Counted from the stretch's first letter, positions 30,330 through 40,474 are shown. The stretch: DNA of 64,000 nt from an uncultured delta proteobacterium (GCA_963778655.1 CAVZVA010000009.1:1440001-1504000); one strand, 5' to 3'. A program made the numbers and translations. The notes: generated by a model not told the origin, from the sequence alone.

Positions 30330-30866
30330 TCAGTCAGAGCGCAGGCTCCCGGCGGGTGCGTCCCCGACCGGCGGCAGGGGCCCGTGGCCCTCCCGGTTGA
30401 GTAGCCCATCGAGCGCGAGCAAGAGCAGGCCGAGCGTGATGAACACGTCGGCGGCGTTGAAGGTCGCCCACTGCAGCACCGGGCCCACGTGCGCGTGCAC
30501 GAAGTCCACCACCTCGCCCACCCGAACGCGGTCGATCAGGTTGCCGATCGCCCCGGCCGCCAGCAGCGCGAGCGCGAAGCGCAGCCGGCCCTGGCGCGGG
30601 GCGCTCCTGTGGTACAGCGCGAGGATCAGCACCAGCACCACCAGGCTGCTGAAGACCAGCAGGGCGCGGCGCGGTCCGGCCGCCAGCGCGGCGCCCAGGC
30701 TGAAGAACGCGCCCGGGTTGCGCACGCAGCGCAGGTCCAGATAACCCGGCACCAGCGTCACGATGCCGCGCGGAAGCACGTACGCCTCCGCCCAGCGCTT
30801 GCTGAGCTGATCGAGCAGCGTACACGCCGCCAGCACGAGTCCCAGCGATACCCAGCGCGCTCTCAC
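30330..30866 (-). CDS. lspA: lipoprotein signal peptidase II (copy 1)
   Basis: DQLSK, NPGAFFS, GAIGNLIDR, VVDFV, FNAAD; GTG start overlaps the ileS TGA. Confidence 0.92.
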   Translation of the reverse strand: MRARWVSLGLVLAACTLLDQLSKRWAEAYVLPRGIVTLVPGYLDLRCVRNPGAFFSLGAALAAGPRRALLVFSSLVVLVLILALYHRSAPRQGRLRFALALLAAGAIGNLIDRVRVGEVVDFVHAHVGPVLQWATFNAADVFITLGLLLLALDGLLNREGHGPLPPVGDAPAGSLRSD

Positions 30867-33760
30867 GGCTTCCAACCGGATAGCACGGCTGCGCAGCGGG
30901 CGCACAGATCCGAGTGTCCGGGGTCGGAGCCGACGTCCGGGCGGTGGCGCCAGCAGCGCTGGCACTGCGCCGCGCCGGTGCGCGCGACCTGCACCGCCAG
31001 CGCGGCGGCGTCGCCGGGCTCGAGCTCGACCGAAGCCACGGCCAGCGCCTCGGCCAGGTCCGGGGCGACGCTCGCGAGCTGCGCGCGCTGCGTCGCGGGC
31101 AGCGCGAGCCGCACCGCGACCTCGCGCCGGTGGCCGATCTCGCGCGCCTTCACCTTGGGCTCGAGCACGAGGTTCACGGCGTCGCGCACCGCAAGCAGCG
31201 CCTGGCCCGCCGCCAGCAACGCGGCGTCCTCGGCCGCGGCCCCGGGCGCCTGCAGGTGCGCGTCCAGGAACACCGAGCCCTCGGCCTCACCCGGCAGGTG
31301 GCGCCAGGCTTCGTCGGCGGTGAACGAGGTGATAGGCGCGAGCGCCGCGATCGTGCCGCGCGCGATCAGCTCGAGCGTGGCCTGACAGGAGCGGCGGCGC
31401 GGCGCGTCGCGCGCGTCGCAGTACAGCCTGTCCTTGACCACGTCGAGATAGAACGACGACCAGTCGCCCGCGCACAGCTCGACGGTGCGGTGATACACGC
31501 TGCGAAAGTCGTAGCGCTCGTAGGCCTGCACCACTTCGCGCAGGTAACGCCGCATGCGCGCCTGCGCCCAGCGGTCGAGCGGGTCGAGCTCGGCCGGTGC
31601 GGCGCCCTTGCGGTGGTCGTGCAGATTGCCCAGCACGAAACGCAGCGTGTTGCGGATCTTGAAGTACGCGTCGGAGACCTGCTTGATGTGGTCGCTCGAG
31701 TAGCGCACGTCGTTGCGGAAGTCCTCGTAGGCGACCCACAGCCGAAACAGCTCCGCGCCCTGCTGCTTGATGACCACCTCGGGATCGACGTATTCGACGT
31801 CCTCGCCCCCTTCCTTGCGCCGGAGTAGATCGCTCTTGCTGTAAGGACGGCCCTGCTCGTCGCACACGAAGCCATGGGTGAGCACGCGCTTGTAGGGCGC
31901 GCGGCCGAGCACGGCACAGCCCACCAGCAGCGAGCTGTGGAACCAGCCGCGGTGCTGGTCGGAGCCCTCGAGATAGAGGTCGACCGGCAGCCCGAAGCCC
32001 TCCTCGACGCTGCGCATGGTGGCCCAGAACGAGGCGCCCGAGTCGAACCAGACGTCGAGGATGCTATCGTCCTTGTCGAACGCCTGGCCGCCGCAGCCGG
32101 CGCAGCGAAAGCCGGGCGGCGCCAGCTCCGCGGCCTGGCGTCGATACCAGGCATCGCTGCCCTCGCGGCCCACGATCTCGGCCACGTGCTCCACCAGCGC
32201 CAGGTCGAGCGACACATGGCGACAGTCGCGGCAGTGCAGCGCGGGGATCGGCACGCCCCACACGCGCTGGCGCGAGAGGCACCAGTCGGGGCGCTCGGCC
32301 AGCATGCCGTGAATGCGCTCGCGCCCCCAGGCGGGAATCCAGCCGCTCTGCACGCCTTCGCCGCCGAGATCGCGTCCGGCGGCGATGGCGTCGATTTCCG
32401 AAAGCGCCAGCTGGCGCAGCGTCTTGCCGTCGTCGCGCCCGTGCATCGGCTGGTCGAGCGCGATGAACCATTGGGTGGTGGCCCGAAACACGATCGGGCT
32501 CTTGCAGCGCCAGCAGCACGGATAGCTGTGGCGGACGCTCTCGCCCTCGCGGTTGGCGAGCACGCCGCGCTGGGCCAGGAAGCGGACGATCTTCGGGTTG
32601 GCCTCCAACACGTGCAGCCCGCGCCATGGCTCGTGCACCTCGTCGGTGAAGCGCGCGCCGTCGTCGACCGGCGCGAACGCCGGAAGGCCGTGCTCCTGCC
32701 CCAGCCGGTAGTCGTCGGCCCCGTGGCCGGGCGCGGTGTGCACCAGCCCGGTGCCGGCCTCGAGCGTGACGTGCTCGGCCGCGAGCAGCGGCGAGGCGCG
32801 ATCCTCGAAGGGATGGCGCGCCTGCGCTCCGGCCAGCGCGGCGCCTTCGGGCTCGCGCGCGCCGCGGCCTTGCTCGCTGCGTAAGGTGGCTGTGAGCACC
32901 GCGGCGGCGAGCTCGCTCGCGACGATCCACAGCTCGCCGCCCACGTCGATGGCGGCGTAGCGGTGGCGCGGGTGCACGGCGATCGCCAGGTTCGCCGGCA
33001 GCGTCCAGGGCGTGGTGGTCCAGATCAACGCGTGCAGCGGCAGCGCGCACTGGCGCGCGTCGAGCCCGAACGCCGCGCCCAGGCGCGCCGCGTCATCGCC
33101 CAGCACGGGGAACTTGACGTAGATGCTGGGCGAGACGTGGTCGTAGTACTCGACTTCGGCCTCGGCCAACGCAGTGTGGCAGTGGCCGCACCAGTGCACC
33201 GGCTTCTTGCCGCGGTACACCAGCTCGTGGCGCACGAACGCGGCCAGCGCCTGCAGAATCCCGCGCTCGTAGCCGGGGTCGAGCGTGAGGTAGGGCTGCT
33301 CCCAGGTCCCGAATACGCCCAGGCGCTCGAAGCCCTTGCGCTGCACCGCCACCCACTTGAGCGCCTCGCGGCGGCAGGCGGCGCGCAGCGCAAGCGGATC
33401 GAGCTGCCCCTTCTTTTCGCCCAGCGCGCGCTCGACGTTGAGCTCGATCGGTAAGCCGTGGCAATCCCAGCCCGGCACGAAGCGCGTCAGGCGGCCCGCC
33501 AGCGTCTGGTACTTGACCACGATGTCCTTGAGCACCCGGTTGAGGACGTGGCCGTAGTGGATGTTGCCGTTGGCGTAGGGCGGTCCGTCGTGGAACACGT
33601 AGCGCGGCGCGTGCGCGCGGGCCTGCAGCGCCCGTTCGTAGACGCGCTGCTCGCTCCAGCGTGCCAGCACCTGCGGCTCGCGCTGCGCCAGGTTGGCCCG
33701 CATCGGGAAGTCCGTCTGCGGAAGCAGAATCGTGCGTTTATAGTCCGCCGCGTCGCCCAA
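30863..33760 (-). CDS. ileS: isoleucine--tRNA ligase (type 1 architecture, variant motifs)
   Basis: HDGPPYANG, PGWDCHGLPIE, WTTTPWT, DWCLSRQR, EGSDQHRGWF, C-terminal CxxC..CxxC zinc finger. Confidence 0.97.
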   Translation of the reverse strand: MGDAADYKRTILLPQTDFPMRANLAQREPQVLARWSEQRVYERALQARAHAPRYVFHDGPPYANGNIHYGHVLNRVLKDIVVKYQTLAGRLTRFVPGWDCHGLPIELNVERALGEKKGQLDPLALRAACRREALKWVAVQRKGFERLGVFGTWEQPYLTLDPGYERGILQALAAFVRHELVYRGKKPVHWCGHCHTALAEAEVEYYDHVSPSIYVKFPVLGDDAARLGAAFGLDARQCALPLHALIWTTTPWTLPANLAIAVHPRHRYAAIDVGGELWIVASELAAAVLTATLRSEQGRGAREPEGAALAGAQARHPFEDRASPLLAAEHVTLEAGTGLVHTAPGHGADDYRLGQEHGLPAFAPVDDGARFTDEVHEPWRGLHVLEANPKIVRFLAQRGVLANREGESVRHSYPCCWRCKSPIVFRATTQWFIALDQPMHGRDDGKTLRQLALSEIDAIAAGRDLGGEGVQSGWIPAWGRERIHGMLAERPDWCLSRQRVWGVPIPALHCRDCRHVSLDLALVEHVAEIVGREGSDAWYRRQAAELAPPGFRCAGCGGQAFDKDDSILDVWFDSGASFWATMRSVEEGFGLPVDLYLEGSDQHRGWFHSSLLVGCAVLGRAPYKRVLTHGFVCDEQGRPYSKSDLLRRKEGGEDVEYVDPEVVIKQQGAELFRLWVAYEDFRNDVRYSSDHIKQVSDAYFKIRNTLRFVLGNLHDHRKGAAPAELDPLDRWAQARMRRYLREVVQAYERYDFRSVYHRTVELCAGDWSSFYLDVVKDRLYCDARDAPRRRSCQATLELIARGTIAALAPITSFTADEAWRHLPGEAEGSVFLDAHLQAPGAAAEDAALLAAGQALLAVRDAVNLVLEPKVKAREIGHRREVAVRLALPATQRAQLASVAPDLAEALAVASVELEPGDAAALAVQVARTGAAQCQRCWRHRPDVGSDPGHSDLCARCAAVLSGWKP

Positions 33761-33852
33761 AGCTCGGCCCCGCGCTGCTGGTCGTGCGTCCGCCGGCTTC
33801 TAGCACGCCGCGCCCTCAGGTCAAAAGCGCCAGGCTGCTCACCCGAATCAGC

Positions 33853-34374
33853 CTACAGCCCGGCGCGTGCCCGGCGTCGCTCGCGTTCGAGCACCGGCTC
33901 CATCTCGCGCTGGGCCGCGGCCGCCTCGAGCAGGATCAGCTCGTCGTGCTCCTCGCGATGCGAGGAGACTGCGACGAAGGCTTCCATCGCGCGGGCCGGC
34001 GCGACCTGTCCGGCGCTGCGGCCCGGCAGCACCAGCGCCGTGCTGCGCACGCGCGCGCGCGCCAGCGTGTCGAGCATGTGCGTGATCGCGGATTGCAGCA
34101 ACGCGTCGCCGAACTGTGCGCGCGGCCCCAGCCCGATCAGGAACAGCTTGTCCATGCTGAGCTTGGGCCGCCCGGGGATCAGCACGGTCTCCAGCTCTGC
34201 GCCCTCGACCCGTCCGCTGCGCAGCAGCCGCGAGACGAAACCGCACATGCGCCAGTCGAGCAGCCCCAGCGCGCCCCGCAGCGGCCGCTCGTCACGAAAG
34301 AAGGGCAGCGCCAGCGCCTCGCAGCGCAAGGCGTCGATCTGCGGCAGCTCCGGCGCGGCGAAGCGGATGTGCAT
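33853..34374 (-). CDS. stand-alone M17 (leucyl aminopeptidase) N-terminal domain-like protein
   Basis: DERPLRGALGLLDWR, ETVLIP, LFLIGLG; no catalytic M17 domain. Confidence 0.7.
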   Translation of the reverse strand: MHIRFAAPELPQIDALRCEALALPFFRDERPLRGALGLLDWRMCGFVSRLLRSGRVEGAELETVLIPGRPKLSMDKLFLIGLGPRAQFGDALLQSAITHMLDTLARARVRSTALVLPGRSAGQVAPARAMEAFVAVSSHREEHDELILLEAAAAQREMEPVLERERRRARAGL

Positions 34375-34377
34375 GGC

Positions 34378-34788
34378 TCAGGGCTTGGCCAGCTCGGCCG
34401 CGATACGGTCGAGCACGCCGTTGACGAAGGCGGAGCTGTCCTCGTTGCCGAAGCGCTTGGCCAGCTCCACCGCCTCGTTCAGCGTAACCCGCGCCGGCAC
34501 CTGCGGCAGCCGCATCAGCTCGAAGGTCGCCAGGCGTAGGATGTTGCGGTCGACGCGCGCCATTCGCTCCAGGCGCCAGTGCCGGCTGACCTCGCGGATC
34601 TTGGCGTCGATCTCGGGCAGCGCGCCCGCGCAGCCGCGCACCAGCGTGACCACGAACTCGTCGGTGTCGTCGTCCTGGCCCAGGTGCTCGCGATAGAGCT
34701 CGATCGCGCGCTCGGCGTCCTCGCCGCTCAGATCCATCTGGTAGAGGATCTGCAAGGCTGCTTCGCGGGCTTTGCGGCGCGATCCCAT
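34378..34788 (-). CDS. nusB: transcription antitermination factor NusB
   Basis: RRKAREAALQILYQ, VDRNILR, NEAVELAKRFG, FVNGVLD. Confidence 0.97.
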   Translation of the reverse strand: MGSRRKAREAALQILYQMDLSGEDAERAIELYREHLGQDDDTDEFVVTLVRGCAGALPEIDAKIREVSRHWRLERMARVDRNILRLATFELMRLPQVPARVTLNEAVELAKRFGNEDSSAFVNGVLDRIAAELAKP

Positions 34789-34800
34789 AGGGAGAGACTC

Positions 34801-34865
34801 ACAGGAAGACGAGAAGACGGGAAGCGCGGAACCGCCTGGTTCTGCCCCTCTTCCCGTCTTCCTGT
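34801..34865. repeat. intergenic inverted repeat, family B
   Basis: ACAGGAAGACGAGAAGACGGGAAG ... CTTCCCGTCTTCCTGT. Confidence 0.8.
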
Positions 34866-34941
34866 GTCTGTAAAGAAGGCATTTCCGCTTCTGCGACCGG
34901 TCCGGCCGTGCAGCTGCAGGCCCGGCCGGTCGAGCCGCGCA

Positions 34942-35433
34942 TCAGTAGCCGAGCTCGCCCAGCGCGCGCCCCAGGCTCACCATCTCGATCGCGGCCATGG
35001 CCGCGTCGGCACCCTTGTTGCCGGCCTTGGTGCCGGCGCGCTCGATCGCCTGCTCGATGCTCTCGGTGGTGAGCACGCCGAAGGCCACCGGCACTCCGGT
35101 GCTGGTGGCGACCGCGCCGCAGCCCTTGGCCGCCTCGCCGGCGACGAAGTCGAAGTGCGGGGTGGCGCCACGGATCACGCAGCCGAGCGCGATCACCGCC
35201 TCGACCTTGCCGCTGGCCGCGATGCGCTGGCACAGCAGCGGGAGCTCGAACGCGCCCGGCGCTTTGGCCAGCAGGATGTTGCCTTCGGCCACGCCGTGCC
35301 GGCGCAGCGCGTCGATCGCGCCTTCCACCAGGCGGTCCACGATCAGCTCGTTGAAACGCGCAGCTACGATCGCGAAGCGCGCGCCCTGCGGCGCCGCCAG
35401 CGTGCCCACGATGCGCTTGATCTCGTCGCCCAT
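34942..35433 (-). CDS. ribH: 6,7-dimethyl-8-ribityllumazine synthase
   Basis: [43 protein letters not shown]. Confidence 0.98.
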   Translation of the reverse strand: MGDEIKRIVGTLAAPQGARFAIVAARFNELIVDRLVEGAIDALRRHGVAEGNILLAKAPGAFELPLLCQRIAASGKVEAVIALGCVIRGATPHFDFVAGEAAKGCGAVATSTGVPVAFGVLTTESIEQAIERAGTKAGNKGADAAMAAIEMVSLGRALGELGY

Positions 35434-35467
35434 GACTCCCTCGGTGCTGCCGGCGTGTATACCATGA

Positions 35468-36580
35468 CTACCGACTCGCCAGCCCGCCCTCGATCAGCAC
35501 GTCGGGCCCGAAGCGGCGCACGCGCGGCTGCTCCAGCACGAAGGCTTGGTCGATGCGGCTGCGCGGCCGGCCGTCCGCCAGCGAGCGGCCCTGGGCATCG
35601 CCCAGGATCTTGGGTGCCACGAACACCGCTGCCGCGTCGGCCAGTCCCTGGTCGAGGAACGCGGCGTGCACGCGGCTGCCGCCCTCGACCAGCAGCCGCA
35701 TCACGTCGCGGCGGCCGAGCTCGCGCAGCACGCTGCGCAGGCGCAGCCGGCCGTGGCGGTCGAGCGGGACCTCCGCCAGCATCACGCCGCGCGCGAGCAG
35801 CGCGTTGCGGCGCCGCGCGGCAGCCTCCGGCCCGTGAAAGATCAGCGTCGTCAGTCCGTTCCCGACCCGCGCGAGCTGGCTGCCCGGCGGAGTGCGCAGG
35901 GCACTGTCGAGCACCACGCGCAGCGGCTGCGGCCCGCGCACCGCCCGCACGCTGAGCGCCGGGTCATCCGCCAGTGCCGTGCCCACCCCGACCAGCACCG
36001 CGTCGGCCTGCGCGCGCATGCGGTGTGCCTGACGCCGCGCCGCCGCCGAGGTGATCCACCTGGAGTCGCCGCGGCGCGTGGCCAGCTTGCCGTCCAGCGT
36101 GACCGCGGCCTTGAGCGTGACGTAGGGCATGCCCGTCAGCGCCAGCTTGGCGAAGTCCGCGATCACCGCCTCGGCCTGCGCCCGGTGCACGCTGCCCACC
36201 TCGACCTGGATGCCGGCCGCGCGCAGCTTGGCGCGCCCGCCGGCGACGTGCGGGGACGGATCGGCGCAGCCTGCCACCACGCGCCGCACGCCGGCCGCGA
36301 TCACGGCGTCGGTGCAGGGGCCGGTGCGGCCGTGATGGTTGCAGGGCTCGAGCGTCACGTAGAGCGTGGCGCCGCGCGCGCGCGCACCGGCGCGCGCCAG
36401 CGCGACCGCTTCGGCGTGCGGCCCACCGCAGCGGGCGTGATGACCCACCGCGACGATCCGCGCGCCCTGGGCCACCACCGCGCCCACGTGCGGGTTGGGG
36501 CTGGTGCGGCCCTTGCGCGCCTCGCGCAGCGCGCGTGCCATCAACGCGGCGTCCAGCGTGGCCTGCCGCTCGCGCTTCAT
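35468..36580 (-). CDS. ribD: riboflavin biosynthesis deaminase/reductase
   Basis: [37 protein letters not shown]. Confidence 0.97.
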   Translation of the reverse strand: MKRERQATLDAALMARALREARKGRTSPNPHVGAVVAQGARIVAVGHHARCGGPHAEAVALARAGARARGATLYVTLEPCNHHGRTGPCTDAVIAAGVRRVVAGCADPSPHVAGGRAKLRAAGIQVEVGSVHRAQAEAVIADFAKLALTGMPYVTLKAAVTLDGKLATRRGDSRWITSAAARRQAHRMRAQADAVLVGVGTALADDPALSVRAVRGPQPLRVVLDSALRTPPGSQLARVGNGLTTLIFHGPEAAARRRNALLARGVMLAEVPLDRHGRLRLRSVLRELGRRDVMRLLVEGGSRVHAAFLDQGLADAAAVFVAPKILGDAQGRSLADGRPRSRIDQAFVLEQPRVRRFGPDVLIEGGLASR

Positions 36581-37050
36581 TCCTCACCCTGCTGGCTCTT
36601 GCTGGTCAGCAGCTGGGAGAGCTCGGACATGAACTCGTGGATGTCGCGAAAGCTGCGGTACACGCTGGCGAAGCGCACGTACGCCACCTGATCGATCTCG
36701 CGCAGGTGCTGCATTACCTGCTCGCCGATGGCCGACGATTCGACCTCCTTGTCGCCGGACTCGACCAGCGCGCGCTCGATGTGGTCGACCAGGGCGTCGA
36801 GCGCTTCGGTCGCCACCGGTCGCTTCTCGCAGGCGCGCCGCAGCCCGGCCAGCACCTTGAGCCGGTCGAAGACCTCGCGACGCCCGTCCTTTTTGACCAC
36901 CATCGGCAGCACCAGCTCGATGCGTTCGTAGGTGGTGAAGCGGCGCGCGCAGCCTTCGCACTCACGCCGGCGCCGGATCACCTCGTCGCCTTGCGAAAGG
37001 CGCGAGTCGGTCACCTTGTTGTCGACGCTGCCGCAGAACGGGCATTTCAT
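36577..37050 (-). CDS. nrdR: transcriptional repressor NrdR
   Basis: [28 protein letters not shown] cone, [10 protein letters not shown]. Confidence 0.98.
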   Translation of the reverse strand: MKCPFCGSVDNKVTDSRLSQGDEVIRRRRECEGCARRFTTYERIELVLPMVVKKDGRREVFDRLKVLAGLRRACEKRPVATEALDALVDHIERALVESGDKEVESSAIGEQVMQHLREIDQVAYVRFASVYRSFRDIHEFMSELSQLLTSKSQQGEE

Positions 37051-37150
37051 GACGGTATCGTGGGGGCTTCTAATACAATGAGCCCAGATTTCAACCGCAA
37101 CCCTGTGGTTTTCCTCAGGTCTCGCGCGTATCGAAGCCGACCCGCTCGGC

Positions 37151-38434
37151 TCAGGTCCGCACCAGCCGCACCACGCTCTCGAGGTGGGCGGTCATCGGGA
37201 ACATGTCGAACAGCGCGGCCGCGTCGGCCCGGTAGCCGCTGCGCGCCAGCTCGCCGAGATCGCGACCGAGCGTGGTCAGCTCGCAGGACACGTACACGAT
37301 GCGTGCGGGCTTGCGTCCCACGATGGCCGGCAGCGCCGCGCGCGCGCCCGCGCGCGGCGGGTCGAGCACCACCACGTCGACCGCGCCCTTGCCGAGCGCG
37401 CCGTGGGCCGCGTCGTCGCACACCACCTTGGCGCGCGTGAGACCGCGCTCGCGCAGATTCTGCCGGCAGGCCTCGGCGGCGGCGCGGTCGCTCTCGACCG
37501 CGCGCAGCTCGGCGCAGTCCCGCGCCAGCCCCACGCTCAGGTTGCCGTGGCCGGCGTACAGCTCGAGCACGCGCGCGCCCTGCGGCTGGGCCAGCGCGAG
37601 CACCTGCGCGGCGAGCCGCGCGTTGACCTCCGGATTGGCCTGGGTGAACGCACCGGCCGGCGCCCACAGCGGCTCGCCGTCGCTGCCCGGCGCCTGCAGC
37701 CGCCCGTCACCGAACACGGCCGCCACGCCCTCGCCCACACGCAGCGCGAGCCCGCGCAGGCCGCCGCCCGCGACCAGCGCCTCGGCCGCGGCGTAGGCCG
37801 CCGGCGGCTGCGGCTCGGCGCTGCTCAGCTCGGCGACGCAGCCTTGCTGCGTACCGACCCCGAGCGCGATCTCGCCGCGTCCGTGCAGCGCGGGCGCGAG
37901 GCGCGCGCGCAGCGCGGCGTAGCCGCCGGCCAGCACCGGCCCGAGCACGGCGCAGCTGTCCACCTCGAGCAACCGGCGGCTGCCGGGCGCGTGGTAGCCG
38001 ACGCAGATCGCGCCGCGCTCGCCGTCGCGCTGCCAGGCCAGGCGCGCGCGCGTCCGGTAGCCGAGCGCGTGCGGGCTCGCGAACAGCGCGGGCTGCAGCG
38101 TCCAGCCCAGGCGCGACAACAGCCGGCTCAGCCGCTCCTGTTTGAAGCGCAGCGCGGCCGGCTCCGCCAGCGTCATCAGCGGACAGCCGCCGCAGCGCGG
38201 CTGCAGCGGACAGGGCGCCTCGACCCGCTCGGCGCTGCGCTCGAGCAGCGCCAGCACGCTGCCGCGCTGCGCCCCGCCGCCGCGCCCGCCCAAGCGCACG
38301 CGCACGCGCTCGCCCGGCAACGCGCCGCGCGCGAGCACGATCCCGCGCGCGGTCTCGACCACGGCCTCGCCGCCTGCGGTCAGGTCGCGCACCCGCCCCT
38401 CGAGCTCGAAGTCCGCCCGCTGCCGCGCTGCCAT
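37151..38434 (-). CDS. RlmD/TrmA-family RNA m5U methyltransferase with TRAM domain
   Basis: [15 protein letters not shown] (4Fe-4S), [34 protein letters not shown]. Confidence 0.92.
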   Translation of the reverse strand: MAARQRADFELEGRVRDLTAGGEAVVETARGIVLARGALPGERVRVRLGGRGGGAQRGSVLALLERSAERVEAPCPLQPRCGGCPLMTLAEPAALRFKQERLSRLLSRLGWTLQPALFASPHALGYRTRARLAWQRDGERGAICVGYHAPGSRRLLEVDSCAVLGPVLAGGYAALRARLAPALHGRGEIALGVGTQQGCVAELSSAEPQPPAAYAAAEALVAGGGLRGLALRVGEGVAAVFGDGRLQAPGSDGEPLWAPAGAFTQANPEVNARLAAQVLALAQPQGARVLELYAGHGNLSVGLARDCAELRAVESDRAAAEACRQNLRERGLTRAKVVCDDAAHGALGKGAVDVVVLDPPRAGARAALPAIVGRKPARIVYVSCELTTLGRDLGELARSGYRADAAALFDMFPMTAHLESVVRLVRT

Positions 38435-38602
38435 GTCGGCAAAGGTGTCATGGTGCAGCTGCGCCAACCACCCGTGCCCGCCCGAGCGCGGGGCACGCGC
38501 GCGACTGCGCGGCGCGCGATCGGTCGCTTTGTTCCCCGTTCGCTGGCGTGCGGAGGCAAGATCGGTTGTCGATCTGGACACCCTTTGTCACGATCAGAGA
38601 GA

Positions 38603-38860
38603 GTGGACGACGAGCCCCCACGCAAGCCGGCCGCGGCCGACGAAAACGTCGACAAGGCGCGGCGCCGGCTGCTGCGCACGATGGTCTACGCCGCGCCGCT
38701 GGTGGTGAGCACCGTGATCATCAAGCCCGCGCACGCCCAGCTGCTTTCGTGCGGTCCGTCGTCGTGTCCCCCCAATGGCGGCGCTTGTCCTCCCAACGGC
38801 GGCGGCTGCCCCCCCAACGGCGGGCCTTGCGGCCCCTCCAACTGCAAGCCGAGGAACTGA
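38603..38860 (+). CDS. putative RiPP precursor peptide (85 aa): twin-Arg/YxxP leader plus six-Cys CxP-repeat core
   Basis: GTG start after a purine-rich stretch; ...KARRRLLRTMVYAAPLVVSTVIIKPAHA|QLLSCGPSSCPPNGGACPPNGGGCPPNGGPCGPSNCKPRN; directly upstream of rSAM and PqqD genes. Confidence 0.8.
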   Translation: MDDEPPRKPAAADENVDKARRRLLRTMVYAAPLVVSTVIIKPAHAQLLSCGPSSCPPNGGACPPNGGGCPPNGGPCGPSNCKPRN

Positions 38861-38931
38861 CGTGGAGGCCTCGCCGGGTCCGGTTCTTCCACTGATCGCG
38901 CTGCGTATGATCAGGGCGGCCAGACCCCGCT

Positions 38932-39022
38932 TTATTGACAAGGGGCGGCACGCGCCGCCCCTCCCCGGCGGAGGAAATCCGCCGGGGCCCCTCCTCACGC
39001 GGGGCCGCGCTTCGCGGCCTTT
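38932..39022. repeat. REP-like element, family A, between the precursor and rSAM genes
   Basis: TTGACAAGGGGCGGCACGCGCCGCCCCTCCCCGGCGGAGGAAATCCGCCGGGGCCCC...; stacked hairpins like the 99-bp unit. Confidence 0.75.
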
Positions 39023-39049
39023 CTTGCGCACACGCGGTCCGTGCTCAGC

Positions 39050-40199
39050 ATGAGAATCCGGGCTCGGCGGCGCCCGCGCGCTCTACCTTCCGCCGGGCTG
39101 GCTGGCGCTCGACCGCGGCGACCGGCTGGAGCTGCTCGAGTGCGCGGGCGGCAGCCGGCTCGAGCTGACCGGCAGCCTGCGCGAGGAGTTGCTCGCGGGC
39201 AGGCGGCCCCGGGTGCTCGCCAGCATGGCGCGCTTCGACCCCGCGCTCGCACGCTTCGAGGCCGCGCTGCAGACCTCGGTGCTCTACCCGCTGGACCGTG
39301 CCCGGCTGCTGCGCGGGGCGGGTTTCAGCCAGTTGTTCGTGGAGCTGACCGCGCGCTGCAACGAGCGCTGCGTGCACTGCTACGCCGAGTCCAGCCCCGA
39401 GCGTGGCGAAGCGCTTTCGCAGCCGGCGCTGCGCGCGGTGCTCGAGGACGCGCGCGCGCTCGGCTTCGAGAACGTGCAGCTCACCGGCGGCGATCCGCTG
39501 GTCAGCCCGCTGTGCGCGTGGGCGGTCCAGCACGCCGCGGGGCTGGGCATCGCGCGGATCGAGCTCTACACCAACGGCCTCGGGCTCCACGATCGGCTCT
39601 ACGCCCAGCTCAGGCCCTACCCGGTGGCATTCGCGTTCTCGTTCTACGCGGCCGACCCCCAGGTCCACGATGCCATCACCGGCACCCGCGGCAGCCAGCG
39701 CCGCACCCTGGCCGCGATCACGCGCGTGCTGGCAGACGGGTTGCCGCTGCGCGTGAGCGTGATCGTGATGGATCAGAACCGCACGCAGCTCGAGGCCACG
39801 CGCGCGCTGCTGCTCGGGCTCGGCCTGCCCGAGGACGCGCTCGGCATGGACGTGCAGCGCAGCGTGGGCCGCGGTCTGATGACCATCCGGCCCAAGCAGT
39901 CGGGTATCACGGGGACGCCCGGGGGCCACAAGGCGAACGAGGCCGCATGGCTGAGCGGGCGGGCCGCGGTCAGCTATGACGGCACGGTCTATCCCTGCAT
40001 CTTCAGCCGCGGCTTCGCGCTCGGCAGCGTGTACGAGCGGCCGCTGCGCGAGATCTTGACCGATTCGCAGCCGTTGGTGCTCGATCCGGAGGCGATGGCG
40101 GCCGAGTACGGACGGCGAGAGGAGCAGCTGGCGTGTTGGGACTGCCGGCTGCGCGCGGCCCTGCTCGCGACCCAGCCGGTCGCGGAGACGGCGCCGTGA
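39050..40199 (+). CDS. radical SAM protein with SPASM/twitch-like C-terminus (candidate RiPP maturase); apparent frameshift just after the ATG
   Basis: ELTARCNERCVHC (CxxxCxxC), TGGDP, YTNG, DGTVYPCIF..LGSV, CWDC. The frame is open from 39054, and deleting one A in GAGAATC 39052-39058 joins it to ATG 39050 (382 aa); otherwise the start is TTG 39189. Confidence 0.9.
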
Positions 40200-40474
40200 G
40201 CACGCAGGCCAAGATCCCCATCCCCGTGGCCAGGGTGGCCCACGAGGTGCAGGACGGCGGCGATGTGGTGCTATTCGACGCCAAGGGCAACCGCTTGCTG
40301 CTGCTCAACGACGTCGGCGCGGCGGTCTGGCTGCTGCTCGATGGCGCGCGCTCGGTGGCCGAGATCGCGCGCCTGGTCACCGAATCGCTGCCCGCCGACA
40401 GCGTGCGGGTGCAGCGGGACGTGCAGGCGTTCGTGGACGAGTTGGTCTCCCACGGCGTGGTCGAGCTGCGGTGA
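40196..40474 (+). CDS. PqqD-family RiPP recognition element (RRE)
   Basis: GDVVLFD...LLLNDVGAAVWLLLDGARSVAEIA...DVQAFVDELVSHGVV; GTGA overlap with the rSAM stop. Confidence 0.92.
   Translation: MSTQAKIPIPVARVAHEVQDGGDVVLFDAKGNRLLLLNDVGAAVWLLLDGARSVAEIARLVTESLPADSVRVQRDVQAFVDELVSHGVVELR

Noticed and set aside
37184..38602. 558-aa plus-strand ORF as one protein
   Set aside because: Antisense to the RNA methyltransferase; only the last 85 codons (from GTG 38603) look real.
38603..38860. Assignment as a lasso peptide or SCIFF precursor
   Set aside because: No lasso cyclase or B2 protease, no acidic residue in the core for a macrolactam, and no resemblance to the SCIFF sequence beyond having six Cys.
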